DNA of 64,000 bases from positions 440,820 to 504,819 of the forward strand of contig NW_005434614.1 in the NCBI RefSeq assembly GCF_000315625.1, read 5' to 3'. The notes below the pieces were generated by a model. It saw only the letters and a list, made by a program, of their open reading frames with translations. It was not told the DNA's origin and searched no databases. This stretch comes from Guillardia theta CCMP2712. Its lineage: Eukaryota > Protista > Cryptophyta. Both the position numbers and the translations under genes were made by a program. Positions 31,101-44,450 of the stretch are shown piece by piece; within the stretch, counting starts at the first letter, position 1; every line of letters begins with the position of its first letter.

Positions 31101-34100
31101 GGTTGAGAGAAAGCTTGAGGGGAAGGGTCTCGGGGAGAGGATGAGGAGGGGAGAGACAGACGAGCTGAGACTGACTGATCAGAGTGGCAGGGGTCAGAGG
31201 ATAGTTTCCGAACCCACAGGCCAGCAGGGACTTGAGCTGCGTCTGCTGAGCTGACAAAGCGGTTACAGCGAACATGCCCGAGCCGAAACGATCCCCGAGG
31301 ACTGTGACAAGCGCTCCTCCTCCAGCTGACCCGATGGTGGGGAAGATTGACAAGGGATAGGGAGAGCAGAAGTCGTTGACGAGGTTGTATCGCTCAAGTC
31401 GGACTAGGGTGTTGGTGAAATCTCTGCCGTTCAGAGAGACTTCCAGTGGGAGAAAGGGAGTCTCCCCAGAGCTCTGACGGATTACGTCAGGAAGGGAGCA
31501 GAGAATGGTAGAGGAGCTGACGACTATTCCTTGGAAGACGTTGAGCGATCCGAGTTTGCAGCGAGGAAACCTGACTCCTCCCTCCGCAAGCTTGCTCTCG
31601 TCAAAGGCGAAGTTCACTCCTGTGACTGTGATGACGACCGGGTTGACCATCCTGCCTCCTTGGAAGATGCTCTCCCACTGCAAACACCCCGGCTCTGACT
31701 GGATCGCTGTTCCATCACGTCAGGAGCATTGCAAAAGCAGATCAAGAGCAACCTGCTGGATTTTCGTCGCAGAAGTCGCAGGAAATGGAAGCGCCTCCTG
31801 GAAGCACCTTGATGCACTGCGGCAACGTGCAACGAGCGGGACGTCCGAAGGGATTGACGTTTGCGATGGCATGGAAAGTGAACAAGTTGACGGTGCGGGA
31901 GAAATCTTGGCCATTGAGAGAATACTCGACCTGGGACGTAATCGTCAACAAAGTTAGAATTACAATCATGCCAATTGATTCACAAAGACAAGCAACAATG
32001 TCATCGTCAAAATTCAACTTATCATTACAATCATCGCTATCTTCTACCATCTGCATCATCGAAACATCCGAAAGCACCTGAACAGCACCAGCGATGCCCG
32101 CATCAGAGATATTGGGCCAGGAAGGTACGGTACAAGTCATCCGAGTAGCGTTGAGGATCTATCAAAACGCGTCAGCAAATTCCAGTTCAACTTCATCTTG
32201 ATTCCTACCTGCCCCGGAACTTGATGACTCCCAAAGCGACAGGAGGGGCCCAGCAAGGTGTACGATCTCAACTGCTGAGGACTGATGTAGCTGGGGTCAA
32301 ACTGCGCTGGCGACAGGTCGATGACAAGTTCGTATCCTCCATCAGCCGGGCCGGCAGCTGGGGTTATGCTGATGAGAGGATAGAGGGAGTAGTAGTTGAA
32401 CTTGTTGGCATTGTGTGTCCATCCGTTCACACAGCCTGCGGGTCCGTAAGGGTTCAGTTGACTTGCAATGCAAACTTCAAGGAAGGAGAAGAATCTTCCC
32501 TGAGGAGCAAAACACGTCACAAAAGACCCACTGGCATCGAGAGTAGCAGCTACTTCGAGCATGTTGAAGCTGAAACGACAGACAGAGGTGCGAGAGTGGT
32601 TCAGGTTGGTCCCAAACACAGTGACCAAAGTCCCTCCCTCCAACGGCCCCCCGCACGGCTCGATGGAAGAGATTTGATAGAGCAACAAGGAAGTAGACGA
32701 TAAGATCGACTGCTGACCGTTGGGACTGACCTTGACCATCGTTTCTGACAAGGAGGAAGAAGGTTGAATGTCTTGAGGGACTGAGCAGGTGATGGAGCTG
32801 CTGTTCACATACTTGGCTGGTAGCTGCTGGTTGTAGCCCACTAGCCCGCAACTCAGGGTGTCCATGTGGAAGAAGCCTGAGCCAAAGATGGTGATGTTGA
32901 ACCCTCCGGCTGCTGACCCGAAAGTGGGAAGGATGAAAGAGAGCACAGGATCAAGGTAGAAGTAGAAGACGATGCCGGCATATGCCTCGAAGAACTTCGT
33001 GCTGGAGGAGGAGACGGAGACGTTGGCGGCAAGCAGACCTCGAGCATCTGAGCTGAGATTGAGACCTTGGACTGAGCCTGTTGTGCACACAACGACATCT
33101 CCATGTACAGTCCCTGACAGCACAAGGTCTCTCTCGCCGATCTGAAGCTGGCAGACTGGGGAGGAGATTAGGCCAAGGAAAGGGCCAGATAGGGATATAA
33201 TCGTGTTCCCTTGGACTGGCCCTGAACTCGGGTGAACTCGATCGATCCCGAAGAAGCCAAGGGAGAGGAAGGAAGAGAATCGCTCTCTGTCGTTAGAGAC
33301 ATCCACCAGCAGCAGCAGGCCCCGCGAGTTTTGTTGCTCGGGGGTTGAGCATGTCAACAAAGTTGAGGACAGGAAGGTCGCAGCGGAGACAAGGGTCTTG
33401 TTGAACCTGCAAGATAAAGTCTTCATGTTCTCAAAGTTTGCTCCAGCAATAGTCAAGAGACAAACAACTCCTGCCGGGCAGCTACGAGGAGCAACGCTTA
33501 GCAGGGAAGCAGCATCGTAGACGAGGAAAGATACGTTGGCAGGAAACCATTGCTGCCTGTTCTGACTGGACTTCACTGACAAGGTGGAGGGGGAATTGAA
33601 CATCGTAGTCTGAAAGAACATGAAGCTCGAGTTGATCAGTCTTGGAGCTATTAGAACATTCCCAATGACAATCTCAACGGCCTCGTCAAAGTTGGATCCA
33701 ACGACTGTCACGACAGCAGTCTTGCTAACACGAACGTAGGAAGGCAGCAATGAATCGATCTGTGCTGGAGCATAAGTTTGAAACACGACCGGGGCAGACC
33801 ACGTGCTGTTCGATCCCGCAGAGATACTGAAGTTGTACAGGCAGACACTTAGGCCAGGAGGAGTGACGCAAACCACGAAGGAGGCGTTCAGCACAGATCC
33901 CGCAAAGATCGTCTCCGAGGTGGAGCAGGAGGATTGAAGCCTGCAGCTCACTTGAAGGAGGCTGTCGAGGTTGTAGCCCGAGATAAGAGCCCTCGTTCCT
34001 CCTCCAGCTGGACCCGAGCCCGGTGAGACCGCTGAGATGGTGAAGACATGCACGTGGAGCGAGTCAGGGAAGGAAAAGAAACTCTGACCGTCGAAGGAGA

Positions 34101-37100
34101 GAGAGAAGGTCAGAGAGTCGTTGAAAGTCAACTGCCTCGTAACGGAGATAACAACATACGCGCACTTGTCTCTCGGATTGACAATCACATTTTCTTGCCC
34201 GGGTGCGCTTATCTTGTAGGGCAACGAGGTCGAGTTTTGACCACAGCCGTTGTAGAAATGACAATCAACAGCAGACGAGTTCACATCACTTGCCTTGCAC
34301 TGGAGCAGTCCTGAGTTGACAAACCCGAGCCCTCGAACGCTGATGTCAAACCTGACAGGACGAGGATACAGAGGGAGCGCAAGAGGTCTGACATCGTTGA
34401 CAGCGGGAGGAGGAGTGAAGAGGAAAGGAGGAGCCGAGGAGTCCAAGAAGGAGTACCCTCCGTCAAGCGAGACGTTGAAGTTCGCGCTGCTGTAGATCCC
34501 GATGTCGGCAGAGAACAAAAAGTCAATCTGCGAGAAGTCGAGGGAGAGTTGCGGGGAGACGCAATGGATGCGAGAAGAGGAAGAAAATGACCCTTGGGTG
34601 AGCTGAGAAATGACAGCACTGCTGAACTTGCACAGGATACCTCTAGATGCAATGAAACCCTGGCCTACCACCTGCAGTGTGATGGCTCCCAGCACGTTGG
34701 TCATGGTCGGGACGAGGGACGTGACAGTCGCCTGAGATGAGAAGAGAGAGAAGCGTATGTCGTCCGAAGTCAGTACAGTGTTGGACATGCCGATCGGAAC
34801 TTGTCCGAGGTCAAGAAACAGGCGCAGCTCGCTGGCTGCTGTCTGTAGCGACGGCTGAGAGCATATGACGGAAGAAGCGGAGGAGGAGATCTGAGAGGAG
34901 GAGAGGACAGTGCTGCTATCATCGACCTTGTACAGGCAGAGGATGCTGTTGTCAAGCCGGAAAGAGAAGAGATTGAATCCAAACAGAGTGATCCGTCGGG
35001 AGCTCGAAGAAGCCACAGGCCCGGCAGCAGGAAGAATCGAGTTGATGCCATAGAAGAGGAAGCGCATAAAACTGGCGACAGAGAGAAACTGCTGGTTGTT
35101 GAGACTGACCTCGACGACCAGCTCAGCTGCTGCTGAGACAGGGAGAGGAGGAATAATGCACATTACCGCTTGCATAGTGAAGTTGTACCTCCCCTGTACG
35201 GTCCCAGCTTGTCCGAACCTGCAGCTCAGGTCCGGATGGGCGAAGAATTTTGCGCCTGCTATGTAGAGCGTGTAACCTCCAGCTCGAGGAGAGGCTGAGG
35301 GGGCCATGCTCAGGGGGACGGGGTTGTCGTAGTAGCGGAAGACGAGGAGGTCCTCAGTGAAGCTGTTGGTCATGTCGTTGAGGCGGATCTCGATGGAGAT
35401 GTCCATGCTCTGCAGGTTGGCGGGCTTGGCAGGGGAGAGGCACCTGAGGGAGGCCTGGTCGACCAGGCTCGCGGCTACCAGGATCTCACCCATGAAGAGA
35501 CAAGCCATCTCGATCCCGTCATTCATCGCCGTGTTGAGGTTGGGGCCGAGGATCAGAATGCTCGTTGAACCATCGACGGGGCCATGGGAGGGGCGGAGCT
35601 CAAAGATGGAGTAAAACATGAAGTCGACATCTTGACTTGTGAACTGCTGCTCATTGAAGGTGATGGAGACTGCCAGTGAGAACTCGGAGATGTTGAGCTC
35701 ATTCAGCTGCTTGTCCGGGTACACCTGCAGCAGCCCAGGAGCGTCGCACCTGTACCGCGGGCCAGCACGGAAAGCAGCAACAACACACTTGCGGTAAGTT
35801 GGCATCGTCTTGCTAGTGAAGCAGCAGGTTGGGGAGGAGGAGCGCCCGTAGCTCTGAGGAGGAAAGAAAGATCCAATGAGCGTGACGGCTACGTTGCCCA
35901 TGACAGGTCCGCTCTGAGGGCGGATGCGATCGAGATGCGGCTCATGGTAGAAGACGAAACGAAGCTTGTCTTGCGAGTAGATCTTCCCGTCGAAAGAGAC
36001 GTTGAAGGTTGAGAGGGACTGCGAGACCTCGCTCGGCATGCTGATTGCAGGAGAACGACAGAAAATCTGTTGCGTCGTCACAGACTCGTTGCTAAGGAGG
36101 TTGGCGGGGAGCAAGGAGACGACAGACTGTGAGAACATGCAGGTCGCGTTGACGAAAAGATCAACTGGCACGGAATGCGACAACGTGACATTCAAGACTG
36201 CACCTCCTAGCATGGATCCACCTGAAGGAACAAAATTGACGATGGCAACGAAATGAACAACATCTTCAGTCTCAAACGACTGCATGTTGTTGCTGATAGC
36301 AAGAAGAGTTCTTCCTGCGGGAACGAGACTGGGCGAAAGGCAAACTATCAATGTCGAAGATCTCCAGGCAGCTGGAAACATAAGATGGGTTGCTGTTGTA
36401 TTGTAGAGCTTGCAGGAGAGAAGAGAATGATTGTAGAAGTTCTTCCCCACGATCTCAATCGGGAACGAAATCGAGACTGGCCCGATGGGTGGAGAGATTT
36501 TGAAAGTTTGAATGTCTGGCAGGAAGAGGAAAGAAAGGTTCTGTGCACGTTGATCGGCATGAAGAATCACTTGCAAGGACGAGGGAACGACATGAGTCAA
36601 ACTTGTAGGAGCGATTGTGAAATTCATCTGCGTGAGGGGAGGGAGTTTGCACGTGAAAGTAGACCCGACCTGGTCTGTTGGAATCATCAATGTTCTCCCC
36701 ATCACTAACAACAGGCAGTACGACCCGCTGCGGATATTGAGCCCTGCTATTGAGATCGTTGCGCTATGCGAGGAGGGGCCGAGACTGGGAGAGATGCTTT
36801 CAGTGACGTAGAACAAAACTTTCACGGTCTCTGCACTGTCTGTCGTCCCCGAGTGATACTGATTGCCGTTGAGAGACAGGTAGACTGGTAAACCTTGCAG
36901 GTTGAAAGGACATGGAGGGACTGTACACGTGAGTAGGCTGGAGGATAAAACCTGACCAACGACGTCTGATTCAAAGTCTCCAAACTTGCATCGAGGGGAT
37001 CCATTAGCAAAGTTTGCTCCTATGATAGTGATTTTGGACGAGCTGTCCGGCGGAACGAGCGAAGGAGAGACTGCGCTGATGATCGGATTAGGAAAGAACG

Positions 37101-38313
37101 CGAAAGGAAATATCGGGCTGACTTCATGACCGTCAAAAATGAGAGAGAAGCTGGTAAGAATCGTTGAGTCATTCGCTACTCGAATCCTGGGTGTGAGACA
37201 CAAGATGTTGCCATCATCGATCAGATGTAAAGATGGAAATGAAACGTAGATGAAGCCATCGCTCGAAAAGACTCCGCCATCGAAGATCCCAGCCATGAAA
37301 GGTGCAGGACCAAACTTAACCCTAGTGAATGAGAATGCATTCGAGAAATTTCTGCCATGGACAAGGATGATTGTTCCTCCTTCAAACGAGGCAGAGGAGA
37401 TGGAGATTCTGTCAACCACAGGGAAGTTTGAGTACATGAAGACTCTGCTCTCACTCGAGAAGGTTTCGCTGTCCAGGGAGATCTCAAGGTATACAAGACA
37501 GAGCGAAGGGCTCGACGAACAACTCGCGATTTCTTCTCGTTTGGGGGAGGGACATGATATTCTTGACTGCTGCATATTCGATTGTGCTGGCACGTCGCAT
37601 GCAGTGATGTTATTGTAGAGGCATTCAGATGCACAAGTCGTGTCACAAGATGCGCAGACTCCGTCTAGTGTACAGAACCCTTGATTGATCCCTCCACTAG
37701 CGTATAGCAAGCAAGTGCTCGATTGAGCGTTGACTGGGGAGGACGAAGATAGCAAGGTTCTCCTAGATCTGCAAATCACCAAAGACGCGTCGCCCCCGAC
37801 CTTCTCAAGGACCTCTACATCCAACGCTCCCGCATCGACTTGCTGCTCGAAACGACAAGATGCCTGATGCCTCGATGAGTCGAAGGTCGGAGGAAAGTTT
37901 GCAACGACAACTTCGACAGGCGTGCCTCCGAGCAGCGCTCCTCCTGTAGGCCAGAAGGAGAGAATGGCGTAGAAGTAGAAGTCTGATTCCAGCAGAATAC
38001 CAACTTCATGAAGCACCTGAAGCTTCGATGGAGTCGGAATGTCCACCCTTGGTGACAAACACTGAAACTCATCCACACCCGGCAGAGAGTGAGCTCGTGA
38101 GGAGATAGTGCGCGAAGAAAGGATGAAGAAGCACGTCACCGAGGTGTTGACTGACTGACCGAGACTAGAACGAAACCCTGTCAAACGCAATCGCTTTCCT
38201 CCTCCTACCGGAGCAAAGTTTCCATTCACCACTTCAACTTGCGATGCCCCAGGCAAAGACAAGAGCAACAAACTGAATGTGGTATACAAATACGGGCGAG
38301 CGGCAGCAACCAT
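20857..38313 (-). CDS. Giant (roughly 5,000 aa, estimated) type I membrane protein: signal peptide, many IPT/TIG repeats, F5/8C discoidin-like domain, EGF, RCC1 repeats, EF-hand-like loop, EGF-like array, TM helix, short basic tail
   Basis: Repeated P.SGP..GGT.V.I.G.NF..C.FG..C.SP..VSLNG IPT motifs. Discoidin: AINAVDG..PQWLQYRF..PSSWQVLGSVDGETWQVLD..ISEFRLF. RCC1: VYTWGDNYLGQLG and AAGxxHSL. EF-hand-like DLNGDGLFSLQEL. EGF: CSGHG.C..G.C.C..G. TM: WVVACLALLALFVTLTVICIA then RWQYYKRLRAKRRKRR. The ORFs can be joined by GT-AG introns. Confidence 0.85.
21639..21791. repeat. 53-bp intronic tandem repeat, ~3 copies
   Basis: Units start at 21639, 21692 and 21745. Confidence 0.9.
22007..22146. repeat. 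(CAG)n trinucleotide tract in an intron
   Basis: About 45 nearly perfect CAG units between the minus-strand donor GTAAGG and the acceptor TAG. Confidence 0.93.
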
Positions 38314-38620
38314 TGCAGATCTTCACGGCATGGCGCAGCAGAACATATTTCTTCTTCCACAGAACAGTACACCTACTGAGAGAGCGTAGTGTTCGTAGTG
38401 CTACTCCTGCTGCTCACCGCTTTCACGTTGCGGAGCCTTAGCATGCAGGGCTTGGGACATCGGCGAAGAAGGTGATAGGGTTCGCGACGGAGGTAACATA
38501 TCAGTCTCAATGTCCAGCCTCTCTCCCTGCTTTCAGCATCAAGATCATGCATGCGGCTCGGGTTGGCGTGGTGACCGTTTGACCCACTTGTCAAACATCG
38601 GTCAAATATTTTTTGTATGA

Positions 38621-40724
38621 CATTCTGGGGTCAAACCGCGGTAGTCGAACTTAACGCAAAAGAGGAATGCGTATGCTGTTCTCATAGGATACCGGTGGTA
38701 GTGTACCCCTTGGTTTTTGAGGGGTGTTGCTCGGTAATATCAGTGGTAGGGGTGCTTCATATTTTGAACTGGCGTGTCCATTTGTTTTAACGACAATGAA
38801 TTGTTTATTCGAATACATAGTACAAACAGTTGTACTGTGTAACGGTTCATAACTGCTAATTTGTATCATCTAAAACAATTTTGATGACCCACCCTCATCG
38901 ACAGGGTGGGGAAACGCTCCCCATCATTCCCATCGTCAATCGCACACCGACATGCTGAGCCGCCGGGCGAGCACAGCAGCAAGGTCAACGAGCTGCCGCC
39001 ATGAGCACAGATGAAGGACCGCCGAGTAAGAAGATGATCGCAAGGTACACTTGGCATCAAGAATCCAGCACAAATTCTTACTTGGTGATCTTGCAGAAGT
39101 GGATCAATCAGCATGAGTTCGTCATCCTACATTTCCGACGACTAAGTCAATCGTATCATCAATGTTCTCTTCAAGACTTCTGGGCTCTCAGAGTAATGTA
39201 CTTTATCTAAAGACTCTCATGAACTGAATGATAATATCTGTAAGATCATGACGAGTCCGCTTAATTAAGGCGCAATCACATCTCACTTGACCCCCTCCTT
39301 GGCACGTCTTCTGTACGCTTCGTTACATCGTTGCTTCACATCTTCAGAACTTGAAGTTTGATGATATTTGATTCTTTAAAATATGCCAATTAGTTGACTC
39401 TGAGTCACGAAGCTCTTGTTGAAGTATCTTCCCTCCTCTCTCCAAACTCTCCTCACTCAGGTCCTTTGGATGTTTGCACATTTGCTGAAATGCATGAACT
39501 TTGCTTTGCTTCCCTAAAGGCGGAGCTTGACGTCCAATTAAGCCTCAGATCATATCAGGGATCAAGTCTTGAGCTTGTAAGCTGGCATGCAAGAATCTAT
39601 TGTGCGTTGCAACCAGACTGACATGGCCGCGTTGAATGTAGAATCAAGGTTGGAGGTGTTATGTGATTTGACATTTCTTATTCATTAGAAGCATTTATCT
39701 CAGCATGTCGAACTACCAGCAAATTGACACGGACTCCCAGTCAATGATAATGACAACCACAATAGCATATGGAATGTCTCCAACTGCGCGCACAACAGAA
39801 TGGAAGCACATCATGCTGCAGGTGCACTGCCATCCAACACCGTGCCGTTGGATTTGCTGTCTTCAAGAGTTGTCTACATTGTTTGTCATAAAGCGGCAAG
39901 GCTTTGAGCATGTGGACATGGATATATACAAGACTATGCATCTTTACAAAGTGTTTTTAAGTCATGCAACAAGAGATGCATCATTCAAAGGCGGAGAAGT
40001 TCAAACATGATGTGAAAAAGTCATGTGGCACAGTGAAGCATCTCTCATAAATATGATATTCCATCCAGCACATGAAGATGAAGGTCTTCGTGGAATAAAG
40101 GTCTTGGAATCTTGTAATACGTTTCAGCTGCAACCATTCAGAACCTAGTTCTCAACATCGCCAAGCTTTTGCTACCTGTTCACAACGATTAGAAAATGAA
40201 CAATCCACAGAAGAACTCTCTACCTGTGTGATGGAATGGGTTCATTTTCACCTTCTTCTCTCACAAAATACTTTCGAGTCTCTTCATGCTCGTGTGTGTT
40301 CGTGGTATACTCGTCCCCTTCCATAGAAACAGACAACCGGCACAGAGGTTTTGACGAAGAGAGATGTTGATGAGGCTCACCTGCTGCGAGTGACTGCAAC
40401 TTGGGCAAACATGCTCGCACAAAACTCAAACACTGAAGACAAGGATCGGCAGAGAAGAGCTTCGCGACATGAGAGAGGTATGGTGAGGGGAGACGCGCTG
40501 GGGTAGTGGGTGAAGGCGTGTAGAATTAAAACATTTTAGAAGGTACCAGGAAACGATGAGCTAAACATCCAAAATCAATTTTAATCACGGTTTTGAATAT
40601 GGTTTGAATTTGAACAGTACAAAATTTCAACCTGCGCGAATCACACACCGTGTACCCCCATTTTCCCATTCACCACCCCCTTGAGAATATAGGACGAAAA
40701 CTACCGCGGTTTGACCCCAGAATG
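38621..40724. mobile_element. Putative non-autonomous TIR element (25-bp perfect terminal inverted repeats, TGA on both flanks)
   Basis: CATTCTGGGGTCAAACCGCGGTAGT at 38621-38645 and its exact reverse complement at 40700-40724. TGA at 38618-38620 and 40725-40727. Confidence 0.55.
38930..40470 (-). CDS. Possible multi-exon hypothetical gene inside the inverted repeats
   Basis: ATG at 40470 (MSRSSSLPILVF..), several GT-AG-bounded open segments (KHPKDLSEESLERGGKILQQELRDSE; SEDVKQRCNEAYRRRAKEG). No recognisable domain. Confidence 0.3.
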
Positions 40725-40729
40725 TGAGC

Positions 40730-41500
40730 CCAGCCGCCGAGCACGGTTTCCAAGATTCTCTGGCAACTTGATCCGATCACTTCAAGTTCAAGTTATCCAA
40801 AAGGCTTGATCCGATCATCGGGCCCGCGCCCCGGCCGACCAGGGGATCAGCGGCCTACCAGCCTCCGGCTCGGAAAGTTTTCAACGGTTGCCACGGTTCT
40901 CGCTGTCAGTGGGGGGCGGCGGCGGCTGTCACAGGCTGTGCTGTACTATGATGATGAGGGGAGGACAGGGCCACTGATGCCCGGCCACTGAAGCCTGACC
41001 GTACCCCGGGGTGAGAAGCCTGCCCGGCCGGAGTCAGAAAGATAGAGGCACTGTGAAGCGTGACACGGGAGAACAACTTGAGAGCGGGCGGCTCAGCCTG
41101 TGAGCCTTCAGAGGCGGCTCTAGCCTTCTAGCCTTCCGAAGTTCAAACTGCCTCCCGAGCCCGCCCGGCTGTTCAGTCCGATCACCACTGCGCCCGCGCG
41201 GGCCGCGCCCTCCCGGAGCCGCGTGACTGATCGGACCGCAGTGAGCGCCGGGCGGCCGGCCCCGGGACCGGGCCGCCCTCGGACCGGTTTAACTGGGGCC
41301 GGCCCAGGGGCCGCGACACGGTAGTACGGTCCCCGACCGGGGGCTAACGGCGGTGCCGGGCCGCCGGCCCCCCCGGCCGCCGCCGTCACGCTGCTCTGGC
41401 AGAGTCAGGCCCGGGCGTGATGGGCCGGGCTTAGTAACACACAAAGTTTTAAGTCACTAGTGAATGCCTTTGAGACAGGCAGGCGGGCCCGGTGAAGGGT
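40730..41500. repeat. GC-rich degenerate block built from CCGG/GAGTCA/CAGT/TACGGTA-type words; related blocks at ~51770-53050 and ~55260-55630
   Basis: Same oligomer vocabulary in three intergenic regions, with no credible ORF. Confidence 0.6.
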
Positions 41501-42779
41501 AGAGGGTGACGGTGGCCTGGGGTGGGGTAGTAGTGGACCTTTTACGAGTGGAAAGTGGGGGAACATGGGGAGAAGAGGCCGGGCACATGAGGCGAGTCGG
41601 GGACCAGACCCCTCTTGCGGCCGGCCTCCAGGGGGTACAGAAAGGTACGGGTCCTTTTCGTCTCGAGAACTCTAGGACGTAGGACCAATGTCGTAGGAAC
41701 AGGTCTCAAAGCCACACGATCAGACCTGCTTAGGCTTGCTAAGACCTGGGTCCTAGAACAAGGTTCAAACGTGGTGGAAGCACAAACACAATGAAACAGA
41801 GTTGGCGTAGCGAAAGTTGTCCTTTTGAGCACTTCCCTCGAATAAGTATAGAGATTTTACCCATGATCCTACATCAGTCCGCCATTGATGTTTGGCACAG
41901 CTAGAAAGTGCACCTCTTCACCTGCGTACTACCCCACCTTCTTTCTACAGCCCATATCTATATTGAACTACCCTTGTCCCATTCCTTACCACCCCCCTCA
42001 CCCTCATCATGATCCTTTTGTATCTCGCGTGCACGTTCGGAGTTTGAACTGAAATCTCTTTGATTAGGGGTGGGGTGGTAATGACGAGGTCTGAAATTAC
42101 ACCACCCTTGGTTCCGAGTCTGATTGTATGGTGGGGATTCGAAGTGTTTGGGCCCTTTATCGGGGGGATCTGATAGAGTGGGGTAGTTTCACACCCCCAC
42201 CCCATGAACTGACGGGTGGAAGCGCGCCGGGGAACACAGATGGAACAGATGTAGGTGGGTGGTCGGATCATGGGAAAGTTATAGGGGGGGGTCCTGTGAA
42301 ATAGCGCTGCCTCGTTCATTGGAAATGGGCAACGTTTCGACTACCCCACCTGTAATAGATCTACTACCCAGGGTTTACCGGTAGAATTGTTGGGTATTCC
42401 TAGGGTAGTGTAAAGGGTGGGTGCAGAATGATCCCAGATCTAGGAACATGCATTATACCAGGGTGGGTGTATACAGGAACCCCCTGTATCCTGTGTGACT
42501 GAGGGGGTATTTGTGGTGCTCTGATCCAGGTTGGGGGTAGAGGGGGGTAGGGTTTTCCATCCTGCTCCGTTTCCTTGCGCTCAGGGCAGGAGGGATTGAC
42601 TTTGCTCAGTCTCTCTCTCCCGCTCCTTTCTCCTCTCCTCTCCTCTCCTCCCCTCCCCTCCCCTCTCCTCTCCTCTTCCATATCCTCTCCTCTCCCATCT
42701 CCTCATATCTCCTGGCTCCTCTAGCTCGGCTGACTTCCTTTAGCTCCAAGTTGGAACTAATCGACAATTCTGTGTTGGT

Positions 42780-44265
42780 ATGAAAGCGGTGCACAGCCTC
42801 GGAGAAATGATACGAAATGGAATCGGCGTTGATGATTCTCTCGGCCGTTCTGCCCATTCCAACAAGACAGATGGGACGTCCTACCACAGTCTCGGTGAGA
42901 ACGTGCATGCTCTCACGCGATCACATGTGCATGGTGGTGGCCCGTCCAAACCTACTTCTTTGTTGACAAGGCTGGGGTTGACTGACTAGTGATTCAGGCG
43001 CGGAAAGGACGATTGCGCGAAGACCTTCAACACCTCGGGGAGTAGATGATGTTGTTCTCCAGCATAGAGCAGAGAACCCCAGCATGGAGGATGACTTTGA
43101 CATCGCTGTTGCCAACGTTGATGCCCTCCCTGCCCACATTTACCGAGACGACTCGAGTTCTTCTGTGAATCTGTTGGAGAAATTTTCAAATATTCCATTG
43201 AGAATACGTGGGAGAGCTGAGGCCTGGGAAGTTCCGCGGGATCAAATCAAACTCGCAAGTAAAATAGGGGAAGGAACAGGTGGAGTGGTCTATCTCTGCA
43301 GATGGAGGGGTTTGGATTGTGCAGCCAAGCTGTTAAGCACTGCTTCCAAAGTCTCTGTAGAATATCACGATATGATCAATGAGATCTCAACAATATCCCA
43401 TCTCCGTCATCCCAACCTGGTGCTTTTTCTGGGTGCTTGCACTGTGTCAGAGCCATTGCTTATCTTGAGCGAGTACATGGCAGGGGGATCACTGGAGGAC
43501 AGATTTGACCTGAAAAAGAAGCAACTTGGGAGACCTTGGAAGCCGTCGAGAATTCAAGCGATCAACTGGTGCATGGACTTATCTCGCGCTGTCTGCTTTC
43601 TCCACAATTGCACAACTCCGATTATTCATCGCGACCTGAAACCTGCTAACCTGCTGTTGAGTGAAAATGACCACCTCAAGGTCTCTGATTTTGGTCTTTG
43701 CAAGACATTAGCCAAAGTCAAGGAGGATGGAACTCCTTATACGATGACAGGATGTACAGGAACAAAAAGATATATGGCACCTGAGGTGGTTTTGAGCCAG
43801 CCAGATTATGATGAAAAAGTGGACATCTATTCTATGGCAATGATCTTTTGGTACATCTTCAAGGGAGAGCGTCCATTCAATTTGATCGAGCCTCAACTCA
43901 TCTCCTTGCTAACCTCGTCGAGGGGACTGCGTCCAGACTCGAGGGCGATAGGTCAGCAGTTTGATTTGAATGATTGCAGAGATTTGATAGTTGACTCCCC
44001 AGGTTGGCCTGAGCTTGAAGAGCTGGTGGAATGTATGTGGGCAGAAAATCCCAAGCTGGTTGTCCTCTCTCTTGGTATTTTTACATGCTGACCATGGAAA
44101 CAGCGGCCATCTGCTGTTGAAATCGTTTCTAAGCTGAAGGTCATGCAATCAGCAGCTAATGCCTCTTCTGAAGATGTGAGAGACGATGCGTGTAATGTCT
44201 GTCGTGTTGACATTCTGCAGGCAAAGGTGACATGTAAATGCAAGTTCAATTGTGTTGTACAGTAG
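42780..44265 (+). CDS. TKL-group (MAP3K/Raf-like) Ser/Thr protein kinase ending in a CaaX box (CVVQ)
   Basis: WEVPRDQIKL..IGEGTGG, AAK, LRHPNLVLFLGAC, HRDLKPANLLL, DFGL, GTKRYMAPE, KVDIYS. Splicing gives ENPKL|RPSAVEIV..SED|AKVTCKCKFNCVVQ*. Confidence 0.93.
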
Positions 44266-44450
44266 CTAGTCATTAAACAACCGCCACCCTTGTAATTCTT
44301 GAAAATAAGTACCAGACGATTAGCATTGTTCAACTCATGGCGATCAAATCGAAATCTCTCCGTCGCTGAGACGAGGCTTCAGGACAGTTGTGGAAACGAA
44401 AGACCTGCGGTTGAACGAGGGCCAAGTGACATTCGGTTTGAAGGGGAATA

